A DNA stretch of 64,000 nt from Vitrella brassicaformis CCMP3155 (taxonomy: Eukaryota; Protista; Chromerida). Position numbers and translations under genes: made by a program. The DNA lies in NCBI GenBank assembly GCA_001179505.1, contig CDMY01000295.1, forward strand, positions 186,001 to 250,000, written 5' to 3'. Shown here piece after piece: positions 38,129-52,245 of this stretch (position 1 is the first letter of the stretch; each line of letters starts with the position of its first letter). The notes beneath the pieces are model-generated. The model worked only from the letters and a program-made list of their open reading frames with translations, was not told the DNA's origin and ran no database searches.

Positions 38129-40257
38129 ATGGCAGAAGTGAGCCAAACAGGAAGCACTTAAGGTAATTGCCTCGCATTCATGTGCTTTGTGTGTCAGGAC
38201 GGCGCCACGTTCCGCCTGGTGTACGTCAGCGGCAAGCAGCCCACCAACCAGGGCCCCGCCGCCCTGCGCATGTCACGAGAGGAGCTGTCGCATCTCTTCG
38301 GCCACATGCAGCTGTGGGACCTCAGCTGCTTCCGAACAGGCATCGACAACAAGGTCTTCCTGCAGGCGCCAAGCAGTACACGGACATCGTCATCGACAGC
38401 TCAAAGCCGTCGATCCGCCACATGTGGGAGCGGATGCCGCTGGCCGTGGCCTTCGAGTGGGGCACGCGCATGCCACATCTCAAGACAATGGTCATCCTCC
38501 ATCCGCCATTCCACGACGGCTGGTGTTGCGACGTGATGGTCACGATGGTCGACGGCCACGCCAAGAGCCGCAGCGAGCTGCACGAGGCGAAGCGGCGGGA
38601 GGCGGAAAGAGGAGGCAGACAGCCACCCAAAGAGGAGGGGACGCTGGAGTCCATCAGCTTCACCCCGTCGAAGAGCTTTCGTGGTGGGCGCTCGGCAAAC
38701 CGACTGCCCTCTCGTGCTGCAGCCAACACTTCAGTCCCCTCCTCGCCACCTCCCCTACTTCATTCGCTGACGACTCTGAGCGGCCTTCGCCCTCACGTCT
38801 GCGACTTGATCGACAACCACAAGTGGCAGATGCCATCGCTGCGGCACGTACGAGGCCACCCGATTGGGCGCGTGTTCCCATGCGGCTTCATCAAGACATC
38901 GCACTGTCTGGAGAGCCTGGATCTCGGCATATTCGGACCGCGAGACTGGCTGGCGCTGCTGAAGGGAGGGCGGCTGGCGCACTTGAAGCACATCGGCACT
39001 GTGCTAGTCGGGGGGCACTACTGCCGAGAGAGACAACCTGCTTCACCTGCAGGTAGATGCGAAAGAAAGCAGTATCCCAATAAGCGGATGGGGCGGTGAA
39101 TTGCGTCCCTTCAGGCTACCCTCGCCTCTGGTGGCTGCAAGTCGCTCGAGTCGGTCAGCTTCATCGTCAAAAGTTCTGTCATTGTCAGCCCAGAAATGGT
39201 CGGTGTTCTAACCGCTATTGACGGGCTCAGGACCTCGGGTGCGGCATCACCCACAGCGAGCTTCACCGTGGCCGCCATACACCAAAGAGTGTCTGGATTT
39301 AGCTTGTCGCTTCTCCACGAGTGCCCTGCCCCCTCCCTCTCATCGCCCTTCGTCCGAGAGACACTGTGCTACCTCGCCACGACCGCCGGGTCGATCACGT
39401 GGCACTCTTCTGAGGCCTACTTCACCGCTCCGGTGGAAATCAGCGACGACGCCAAGGAACTCGCCGCCAAACTGCGGTTCCCTCAAGCCAGCTCCATCAG
39501 CGTAGCCACGCCAACGACGACTTTAGACACGTATTTCACACTGCCCGCTGCTTCCTCGCCTGTGTGGTCGCCCATCACCCACCTGTCGGCTGAGGCGTTC
39601 CCCGACACGCTGACCGATCTGAATCCCACAGGACCATTTGGCCATGCGGCCGCGCGGCAACTGGTGGCGACGGGCAATATTAAGAACGTGCGGACACTCT
39701 ATTCTGAGCGAGTGGTGCCTGCCAGTGACGTGCTGGGGCTTCTGAGAGCGATGGGCGGGGCTTCTGAGAGCGATGGGCGGAGAGGGGACGATCGAGAGGG
39801 CGGCCGTGAATGTCAGGGGCAAGGGAGAGGGGCTGTTGTGGGGCGATAGCGCTGAGGCCATGCCAACCATCAGAGACATGACAGTCCGCCTGAGCGGTGG
39901 GGAGTGAGCACACAGTATGGTGTCCACTCTGACGGATGTATTCTCTCCCTCACGTTTCCTTGTGTGTGTCAAGTGCCGTATTGTCAAGTGCCGTATTATC
40001 AAGTCAATGCCGCTTCGTTTGTCCACCGGAGCCTTGCATCGTGCCTCAACCTTCGCGGCCTACACGAGCTGACGATTCAGATTTTCGGCAATGAAGAGCA
40101 CTTCGCAGAGCAGATGGAGGCGCTCTGTCCCAGCGGCACCGTCTCCGGCTTCCGCATCTCGGTGAACCGGCTTTCCCCCCATCATGTTTTTTTGACGGGT
40201 CACCGCAAGCCGATGAGCTACAGCAGAGGCGACTGGGTGAGTAAGGAGGCTGCATGA
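38129..40257 (+). pseudogene. Unnamed family paralog 3 with two frameshifting lesions
   Basis: ATGGCAGAA|intron|GACGGC start. MSREELSHLFGHM, MWERMPLAVAFEWGTR, WCCDVMVTMVDGH, TLESISF, WQMPSL. Frame break at ~38366-38370 and a perfect 22-nt tandem duplication at 39735-39778. Confidence 0.7.
39735..39778 (+). repeat. Perfect 22-nt tandem duplication GGGGCTTCTGAGAGCGATGGGC x2
   Basis: Read directly from the sequence. Confidence 0.97.
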
Positions 40258-41486
40258 GTTGCATGAGTTGCATGTTTCGCGAGAGAGCTTTGATTGCCTT
40301 GTGTGCAGTGCAAGAGACATCCAGGGGACCAGTCCATGCAGTTAGTGTGCGAGCAGTTACGTGCAGCGGCTGTTGAAGCCGTGTGGTGAACAAATCTGGC
40401 CTACGTGTTGCGCAGACTGATACTTACACATCTAATTTCTCTTTATTCCCATCAGCCTTTTTGTCTAGATGTCTGAATGTCACGCCCGTCGTCTGTCTGT
40501 CTGTCTCTGGGCCACCCAACCGCCACACCAGACCAGACTATACGACGGCCATACACATGGATGGGATGGGATGGGATGGATGCAGACAAACCGCCCACCA
40601 CCATACACACAGGAAGGAGTTACTCATCCATCCATCCATCCATCCAATGGCACTCCAATCTCGCACATGGCGCATCGACTCGACAGACAACATGTCACGT
40701 CACTTCTCATCCATCTCCTCTGTCTACATACATACCTACATAGACACACGACATATCTATCTACACGACAGACATCACATCTCTCTCATCACATGAATGA
40801 TCACATGTATATATCTTACCGTACGTAGCACACTCACACTCATGCCTACCGACATCACACTCATACCTACCGACATGACAGACAGACATGCGTGGCATTG
40901 ATTGCATTGATGTCTCTCTCTCCGCCCTCTCCCCCTGCGCTTGTCTCCCTCTCCCATGCAGGCAGGCAGTCGAAATGCACTCTGCGCCCATCCATCCATC
41001 CATTCAGTGGCTGGCGCACTCACGTATGCGGTCACTCACGGCACAGCGATCGGCATGTGCAGATAGCGATATACCAATGAGTGGAAGTAAAGAAAATTGG
41101 CGTCTTTCGGCCCGCTAGGAAAATCATGCCAACATAGGTAGGTACGATAGATACGAACATACGACAGACAGATGTGAAACCATACAAATCGGCCCTACCA
41201 ATGTCTGCCTGCCTGCCTGATGCATGCCATGGCACACACACATGCACACACGACACCACATCACATGACGGAATCAGAAAAGAAATTCCCATAAAGGGTC
41301 GAGTCACGTGACTGTGGATGTGTCGACGAGTCCCCGCTCTCACCCCCAGCGAACCTGCTAATGCTGCTGGCATGAAACAGCCTCATTCATTGTCATCCCT
41401 ACTGTTGGTCTGTCTGTCGCTCCCCTCTGCTGCCACATCCCTTCTCCTCGGCCAGCTGTGTGTGTGTGTGTGTGGCATGCGTTTGC

Positions 41487-44240
<2,754 letters not shown>

Positions 44241-44503
44241 CTTGGCTCGAGGCTGCGGCAAAACACGGGGAGGTCCTCAGCAGACGGCGAACACGTGCGG
44301 GACAGCCCGAAAAGCGAGGCGCTTTTATTTGTGGCTGTCGGCACAGTAACGGCCGAAGGCGTTTTTGTCGTCGACGGCTGCAAACACGCCAGGCAGCAAA
44401 GGGAGGCGAAGCAGGCGCTCTCACGACCTTGGCGGCGTGTTCAGAGGAAAGCAAAGCGCTGCTGGAAGCGAGTGGCCGTAAAACGGGGCGCCCTACACAC
44501 AAG

Positions 44504-44613
44504 TGACGTGGAAGGAGGGAGAGGCAAAACGCGCCGAGAGAGAAGGTGAGAGAAGCTGGTTGTCATGTACACCCAGCGCTCTGAGTAGTAGTTTTCGCGG
44601 CTTTGGCCACGTC
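44504..44613 (+). promoter_or_regulatory. Two UPRE/ACGT-type bZIP sites (TGACGTGG 44504-44511; GCCACGTC 44606-44613) upstream of the bZIP gene
   Basis: Motifs read directly. TGACGTGG is the known ATF6/XBP1 UPRE consensus. Function here is inferred. Confidence 0.35.
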
Positions 44614-44656
44614 TGGCTGAGGTGATTTTCTTTCGTCCACGCTCGAGAGGCTCAGC

Positions 44657-47045
44657 ATGGAAGAGGAGGATAGCTACGACACGTTCGACCCCATCGGCCC
44701 GCTGAGGGACCACCACCCACCCCCCTTATACACCCCTCCCACCCTCGAACCGCCCCTCTTCCCTCCCACTGATGCGTTCGGTCAGGTTCCCGCACCGGCG
44801 GCCTTCATCCCAGCTCCCTATGCGGCCTACGCGGCTCCACAGTCACCCCTGCCGAAGTCGACTGCATCCACAACCGACGGGTCGTCACCCACACAGTCTT
44901 ACTGCTCGGCGCCGTTCCCTCCCATCCCTGAGCAGTCTGCTCATGTGATGGGGTACCCGGTTGGCGGTGCTGGCGGTGGTGGCGCTGTGTCGGCGTCGGC
45001 GCCCGTGTCTGCGTCGTGTGCGTCTGGAGCGAGGAAGGGAGGAGGAGGCTGTGGTGGTGGTGGTGGGGGACAGAAGCGCAAGGCTGATGGTCCGGTGGAC
45101 TGTTCGCATCTGGACAAGAAGGAACAGCAGCGGCTTAGGAACAGGATATCTGCGCAGCAGAGCCGGGACCGCAAGAAGAAGGAGTTTGAGGGGCTCAGCC
45201 TACAGGTGGATACGCTCACAACCGAGAACGCCGACCTTAGGAGGTGGGCGACCGACCACACACGACGCCATGCCACCCTCCCACGCTGTCTGTGTCGGCA
45301 CTCCGTCTCTCTCTCTGTTTCCCCCATTGCAACACACAGAGAGAACGTGGCCCTCCGTGCCGAGAACACCGCCATCGCCGCGCATCGCGACCAGCTGGTC
45401 AGCGAGAACAACACCTTGCGCTCGCGGCTTAGCCATTGGGAGGCGCAGTACACCGACCTCCCCCCGCCCCCGTCCCTACCCCCACTCACCCCACAAGGCA
45501 TCGACGAGGACATGCCGGTGTGTGGCGGGCCGCCGAGCCTCGACAGCCCATCGGACGGGCCGTCGGACAGCGCGTCACTGTGGGACGGGTGGTGGGGCAG
45601 CACCAGTACTGGTGGGTCGCCGTCGAGCGACCGGTCGTCGGCGAGTGGTGCGCGGTTCTATGGGTGGATTGGGGTGCTGGGAGTGCTCATTTTTGGGATC
45701 TGCTTGGTGTCGCTCACTGGAGTGCTCACGGTACGGTGAGGCCACAGCACAGAGGGGAGGGAGGGAGGGATGGCCGAGGGGAGAGAGGGTCTCTCTCTGA
45801 GACTTAACTGTGTGTGGACTGGGCGTTTGTGTGCGCAGCCTATGGGCCCTTCGTATTCGTTCACGAGTGCGCCGATGACGCGCTACACGCCGGGCAGGCT
45901 GCCGTGGTCCAACAACGGCCGCGTGCTCATGTCCCTGCCTGAGCCACCGAACCAGAAGGAACTCATCGTATACGTAAGCTGACTGACCAATCACACCCAC
46001 ACACGTCCCTTTCATCTATCTCATTGTTGGTGTTGCGTTGCAGAACCCGGATGGCCACGCCGTCCAGCTGTGGCAGCAGACAGGTGCGGCAAAGGGCGAC
46101 CCAGCCGTCAATGTCATCGGTGGGGCCTCGGGTGGTGGTGGTCCGGTCCACGACACACGCGAGGAGGCCGAGGAGCTGGTGCGACGGCTGATGCTTGAGT
46201 CGCAGGCGGGGGAGGGCGCCGGGGAGCAGGAACAAGGGGACGGCCACGACGAACCCAGCCACATGCCATACAGGTCAGGCAGGCGGACAGAGAGACAGGG
46301 AGGCAGGCAGGCAGGCAGGCAGGACAGATCCACGGACTCGCGGGAATGCCATTGGCAAAATGGTGCTTGTGTTGTGTTGTGTTTCACCGGGTGCAGGCTT
46401 GTGTGCGTCAACCCGCACTTCGTCATCGGCGACCACAACCTGCACGCCCTCCTCACCGACGGCGGCAAGCCAGCCGCCCCGCCCGCACTCCCCACACCCG
46501 CAGCCCCCTCACCACCCACACACACATCCACATCCACACAGCAAGAGCCAACAGTCGAGGACACCGAAACCACCGAGACCACCACACACACAGCCGCCAA
46601 CACCACCCACCCCCTCCGTCTCCGGGGCACCAACGCCACCAGAGATCATGAGACCATGCTCGACATGCTGGCGCAAAACTCCGTTCTCAAGCACCTCGTC
46701 CCCAACAGCAGCAACATCAAGAACAAGGAGGGGGCTTCGCTGACGAGCAGCAAGCAGTGCGGTCCGCAGCCGCGCGAGAGGGGCAACGACACGAGGGGGC
46801 GCGATAGGGTGGTCGTGGTGGCCAATGGGGACGGGTCGGATCCTTCCAACACGGTGCAGGTCTACGGGGCGCCCAGGAAGCGGACGCACAGCGGTCCCGT
46901 CAACTTCATCGTCACGTTCCCTGGTGACGTGCTGACGTCGGCGGGGCTGCGTCACGTGGACGAGCGGGGCAACGTGGCCATGCTAGCGCCGATGGAGCCC
47001 ATGCATCTGGCGTGCAGCTACCTGGTCAAGCAGAATGGCGACTGA
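44657..47045 (+). CDS. Membrane-tethered bZIP transcription factor (ATF6/CREB3/bZIP28-like architecture), 5 exons
   Basis: Basic region RLRNRISAQQSRDRKK (N-x7-R) and a heptad zipper. Hydrophobic segment FYGWIGVLGVLIFGICLVSLTGVLT (45656-45730). Long C-terminal domain with RVLM and NxS/T sequons. Confidence 0.85.
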
Positions 47046-47931
47046 GGGAGGGAGAAAGGGAGGGAGGGTGGCAAGTCTGCATGTGGGCTGGATTGGATGT
47101 TTGCTGAATGTTTTAACTGTGCGGCCGGGCCGGGCTGTGTTGGTTTCGGTTTTGGCGGGATGGGGGGAGGGATGGGTGCGAGTGGCTGGATGCGATGCCG
47201 TGTATTGTAATTACTTTTTCCGTCCATTGCATTGCCCGAGTGTCCGTGTCGTGTGCGTAAATGCACATCTCACACATGGAGAGGGTCCCTTCCGCGCCCT
47301 CCATGGCGGGCGAACCACACCTCCCTCCCTCCCTGCCTGCCGGTCAGTCAGTCGGTCGATGAGATGCCCACGCCGATTTTTGAGTGCCCACCCGCCTGGC
47401 TCCCTGTCTGCCTGTGGAATGCCTGATGGATGGATGGATTGCCGCACATACGAAGGTATAGTGTGGCGAGAAAGACACACACGTAGACGACACTGCCTCA
47501 GGGAGAGGCGTAGCTGTCTGTAGGTTAGGATGAGATGCAGGCCAGGTGTTTTCATTCATGTGTGGAGACTGTCGCGCGGTGGGTGGGTGGCGCGGTGGCG
47601 TGCTGTTGGTGTGCATGCCTTTGCGTGGTTGTGATTGGAATGGATGGACGGATGGACGATGGACGGATTGGCATCACTCTCTATGTGTCTGTGTGTTGGA
47701 GGGTGTTTTCGTCAAGTGTAATTCATCGTTCAGTCCAGTCTCACACTGGCTGATGGACATATGTATGTGGGATGGAACGATGGATGGATGGATGGATGGG
47801 GTATAGTCGCATTCTCACTCCCCCCATAAGCAAGCAAGCTAGAATGCACACACGAGTACTCACTGTGCAGACCTAAGAGAGAGAGAGGAGGGAGAAAGAG
47901 CGACCGATCTATCCATCGCCCGCTCGCTCCC

Positions 47932-48829
47932 TCATGAGAAAAGAACAGCAAACTCCTGCAGGCAGGCACCAGCAGCACAACACAGCAGAGCAGAGCATAG
48001 AGACGACACGGTGTGCGTGTCGTGGCGGTAGGAGGATGGATGGTGTGTGCGAACAAGATGTGATGTGTGTGCGTACGCTGTAGTCGACTTTCCCGTCCTG
48101 GTTTGTGTCAAGCTCTTTGACCAGCTTGGCGATGTCTATCGTCATGGCGAAGTCGTCCTTCACTATCTTGATCAACTTGTCTGCACAACACGCACGAGAT
48201 ATATACACACACACACACACACGGGAAGTTGACAAACAAAGCGTGATCTGTCTGTCTGCCCTCGGCTCACCGACATCGAGGAGGCCCGACTTGTCGGCCT
48301 CGCCGCCCAACGCTACCCACGCATCCACTGACACACACGCGTACACACACACACACACACAGCCACGACTTAAAGCACAAGCGTCTCACACCGGCCTCCT
48401 CCGTGTCCTTCTTGTTGCGTGCGCACAGCACCAGTGTCCTGTTCGTCCTCGACGTTGCTGGTGGTGGAGCGTTGCTTCTCAAAGGCCTTGAGAAACTCCT
48501 CAAACTCTGCAGATAGGCACACAGATCTCCCCTCCCTCCCCACCCCACACGCACCCACCTATGTACCTATTTGCCCCGTGCCGTCTTCATCGATGTCGTT
48601 CATGAACCGAAACAGCTCCTCCTCGGTCGGGTTCTCGCCTATCGCTGCAGTGCACACACAACACATCCCCCATCCAGTCCATCCTTTGCCCCTCCGGGCC
48701 CCACTCCCAGTCCGACTGACCTTCGAGCAGGAGCTTCATCTCGTCCCTGTCGATGGTGCCCGACCCGTCCGCATCGAACGTCGCAAACGCCTGACGACAC
48801 TTCTCGATGAACACCTCGTCGAGCACCAT
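47932..48829 (-). CDS. LC4: EF-hand protein, outer-arm dynein light chain LC4-like (6 exons)
   Basis: FDADGSGTIDRDEM, ENPTEEELFRFMNDIDEDGTGQI-EFEEF, DTLDAWVALGG..DKSG, DTNQDGKVDYSEF. The DTLDA.VALGG linker is recalled as typical of LC4. Confidence 0.8.
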
Positions 48830-49045
48830 TGCTGTTCCGAGCGTCGAGTTGCGGTGGGCGCGGTGTGTTCGCGGTGAGGGGCGGCTAGAGAGGCTAGGGA
48901 AAGGGCACTGACTGATGTCCTTGGTTTGATTGCAGTCACTCGAAGCGGAAAGGCACAATAGCACGGGACCCGTCCAATCGGATCCTTCAAGGTTCAAGCT
49001 CGCACGGAGGAGAAACAAAGATCTGGCAACAGGAACTGCCGCTCC

Positions 49046-51781
49046 ATGGCCCAGTCGCTGTTCTTCTGCAACAGTCCAACGAATGTCGACGCAGGAGAGG
49101 TTAAGCTTCCCTCCCACCTGCCGTCGACTGCCGGCCTCCCACCGCCACCACAGTCGCCTGACGAGCATGGCTTCGGACGAGAACTCGACTCATGGTACAC
49201 ACTCTTACTCACGCACGCACACACGTACACAAACAGATCAGGTGCAGAATGTCTGTCTGTCTGTGCGCATGTGTGTGTGTCTGTGTCTGTGCAGGGAGAC
49301 CAACTGGGACGTGCTTCATGCCGCTGGAGCAAAGATCGGGAGGCCGCTCTTCATCGAGAATGCCGTGAGCGTCATCACGACTGAGCCCTTTCACATCGAT
49401 GATCTGCGTGAGGCCGGGCGGCAGCTCATGGAGCATCACGCCGCCCTGAGGGCGAGAATACATCTGGACGCGAGCAGCGGGCGCATCGCGCCCATATGGG
49501 CGGAGACCATTGAGGCACCTGGTACAATCCACACGCACCGGCAGACCAGACCTGCGTGTCGTTGATTCTCTCTCTGTCTGTGTGATGCTGGCTGCAGACA
49601 TTGAGATGTCACCGTGCCGTGACTGGGAAGAAGCGCTTCGCTACGAGCAGCTGTTCGCCCTGCCCACCACCACAGGGCCCCTCTGGCGGATGAGAGTGCT
49701 CACTGCCACACCCACCACGCACAAGATGAGACGGGTACGCGAAGCGCACATTCACGTAGAGCCAACCTCCCACCCACCCCGTGTTACTTCTGTGTGTGTC
49801 AGGGCTCGGTTCTCCTGCCGTCGTGTCGCACGTGGCTGCTGGGCGTCTTCCACCACGCTATCATGGACGGCATGGCTCGACAGCAATTCTGGAAAGACTT
49901 CCTCAACGCCGCATACAAGCTGGCGCGCAAGCGGACGATGGCGCGTCGAGGCAGCCGGGTGTTCCACTCGAGCAGCACCCTCGACTCCCTCCTCGGGGCC
50001 GAGACAACGCTCCAAACGGACGAGCCCCTCCCGGCCCCCGTGTCGTCTGTGATGCCGAGCACCTTTGTCGGCTCCCTGACGGTGCCCATATATCGGATGG
50101 GCGACAGATTCGCCTTCTACGTCGGGAAGGGTCTGACCATGTTCTTTCGCAAGATTGCGGTTCACAAGAAGAACCCCTTCTCTGCCGTTTTTCCCGCGCA
50201 CAAATACGGCGACGCGCGCGAGGTTCGCAACGCTATGCAGCGAGTGAAGGAAAGGCTCATGAGCTTATCTGCGGACAGATCTCACTGACTGGGCTGTATG
50301 GTGTGTGTGGTGATGGTCAGGTTGCGCACACGTCGGTGGTGCCGCTCATGTTTGATGCGTCCACGACCAAGAAGCTCATCCAGACATGCAAGCAGCGCAA
50401 GGTGCCCCTCAACTCCGTCCTGACGGCCGTGGCGGCCGCGGCCATCGCCCAGATGATCAACAGGGAGGATCGGCCCACATCCTTGTACACCACACAAGCC
50501 ATCAGCACGAGACGCTGGATGCACAAGAAGGGAGACGAGAAAGCAGCAGGAGCCGGCACGCCCCCCATCACCCCCACATCATCGAATGCCGACGGCCATC
50601 AGCACCAGCATCAGCATCAGCCCGACCTCGTCATGAGCATGCCCAGCCCGGTGCTGCTCACCCCGAGCTGCGACACGTGCCGGCGAGAGGGCATCGCTGC
50701 CGCCCCTTCACCCGCCGCGCCCCAACGTGCCGCATCCTCTCTCGAGAAGCATGCACATGCAGCCCCCGCCACATCCGGTGCCTCATCCCTTCCGCGACTG
50801 GGGTGCTTCACGTGTCTGATGGGCCTGGGTCTGGAGGTGCCAGCACATGCACTTTCGCAGCCCGATCGGTTCTGGGAGTTTGCGAGCATGGACAACAGGC
50901 GCATCCACAGCAGGATCGACCGCCCTGACCCGACGGATGCATGCGGTGACTGGCACGTCGTCACAAATTTCCTCAAGACGTCTGCGGTCAGCGGTCGGCT
51001 GGACAACATGGTCGACCTAGTGGGACCCGAGCAGCGGCCGTCAGTCTTTCTCATCTCGGTAAGCACGCGGACAGGGGGACAGGAAAGCCACCACCGTGGC
51101 TCACTGGGACACGTCTGATCAGAACACGGGCATGTGTCTGTCAGAACACGGGCAACTGGGACACGACCGACCTGCGCAAAGGCAAAGGAGCTGCCGCCCG
51201 TGGCCCTCGGCAGCCCACCATGCTCGCAGGCCTCTCCCGCTACCCTTGCACGCCCACATGCACCAACACACCCCTTGAGATCATCCCTGAGCACGACCAC
51301 GACCTGGACAACGGGCAAGGGCATGAGGAGGAAAAGGCGAGCGCCGCGGCGACCGAGGAGGCGGCAATGGGTCGGTGGAGGGGTGATTTTGAGATGGAGA
51401 TCGAGAGCAGCTGGTCGTGTGTGAGCCAGCACGGTGTCGGCAACAGTCTTTTCTCCCACAACCTGGTCACCATCTCGGGCAGACTCAACTGGTCCCTGCA
51501 GGTCAGCAGACAGCCAGAAACACACACACACACACACACACCCCCTCACTGCATCCGGATGTGTGGGGTGTGTGGTATCTATTGTCCATCAGTATGAGTC
51601 CAACCTAGTCAACCGCTGCCTTGCGGAGAAGTACGCCAAGACGATACACGACAACGTCATGAAGTTGTTGGACCTCCAGCCAGATGCCGAGCAGGGCTTC
51701 CCCGCGTTTCTCATGCCGCACGGCAGCAAGGCCGCGGCGAGCGAGGCGCACACCGAGGAGTCGACGGAAGCGCTTCAGTAG
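49046..51781 (+). CDS. Stand-alone condensation / alcohol acetyltransferase-fold acyltransferase
   Basis: Catalytic FHHAIMDG (HHxxxDG, 49851-49871), H.ALRARI, GPLWRMRVL, TTKKLIQTCKQRKV.LNSVLTA. Confidence 0.82.
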
Positions 51782-52245
51782 TAGATTTGGTGAACAGGGA
51801 GGAGGAGTGCAGGTGTTGTAATGTCATTTTCGTGCTTTTGTGATGGGTGATAGCTAAAGGGGAGCCGTATCTGACGCGTGATGGGATACATGAGTGCGCT
51901 TGTTTTACATGCTGCTTTATTGCGGCCTGGGTGCCCTGCCTTGCCTGGTCAGGCAGTCGTCTGTGTGTCCTTCTGATGCACGTACACGTGGATTCATGCG
52001 GGTCTATCTCTCTTCCTGTTGTACTGAGCACTCTGCTGCTGAAGATGATGACACACTCGCCGTCAAAGAAGGTTCTCAACAAATCTCAACGGCAAGTAAC
52101 GTTTTCTCGACGATCTCTCTGCTCCAAACCTCACGCGGTCCGGCAACTCAAAAATGGCATCGAAGAGTCCTCCGAACGTCGGAAACGGTTGTGGGAAGCC
52201 CGTCCGGCGGGTGTCTTTCCGGCCCTTCTCATGGAGCCGGGACAT

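Noticed and set aside
40250-41380. Short tandem units (GCATGAGTT x2+; CACACTCAT(G/A)CCTACCGACAT x2) as CRISPR or satellite
   Set aside because: Two copies only with no spacers; ordinary simple repeats in a convergent intergenic region.
45480-45660. IRE1-type unconventional intron before the bZIP TM (bZIP60/XBP1 style)
   Set aside because: Palindromes exist (CACCAGTACTGGTG 45601-45614; CGACCGGTCG), but I found no twin stem-loops with CNG-CNG 7-nt loops. The long luminal domain fits proteolytic activation better.
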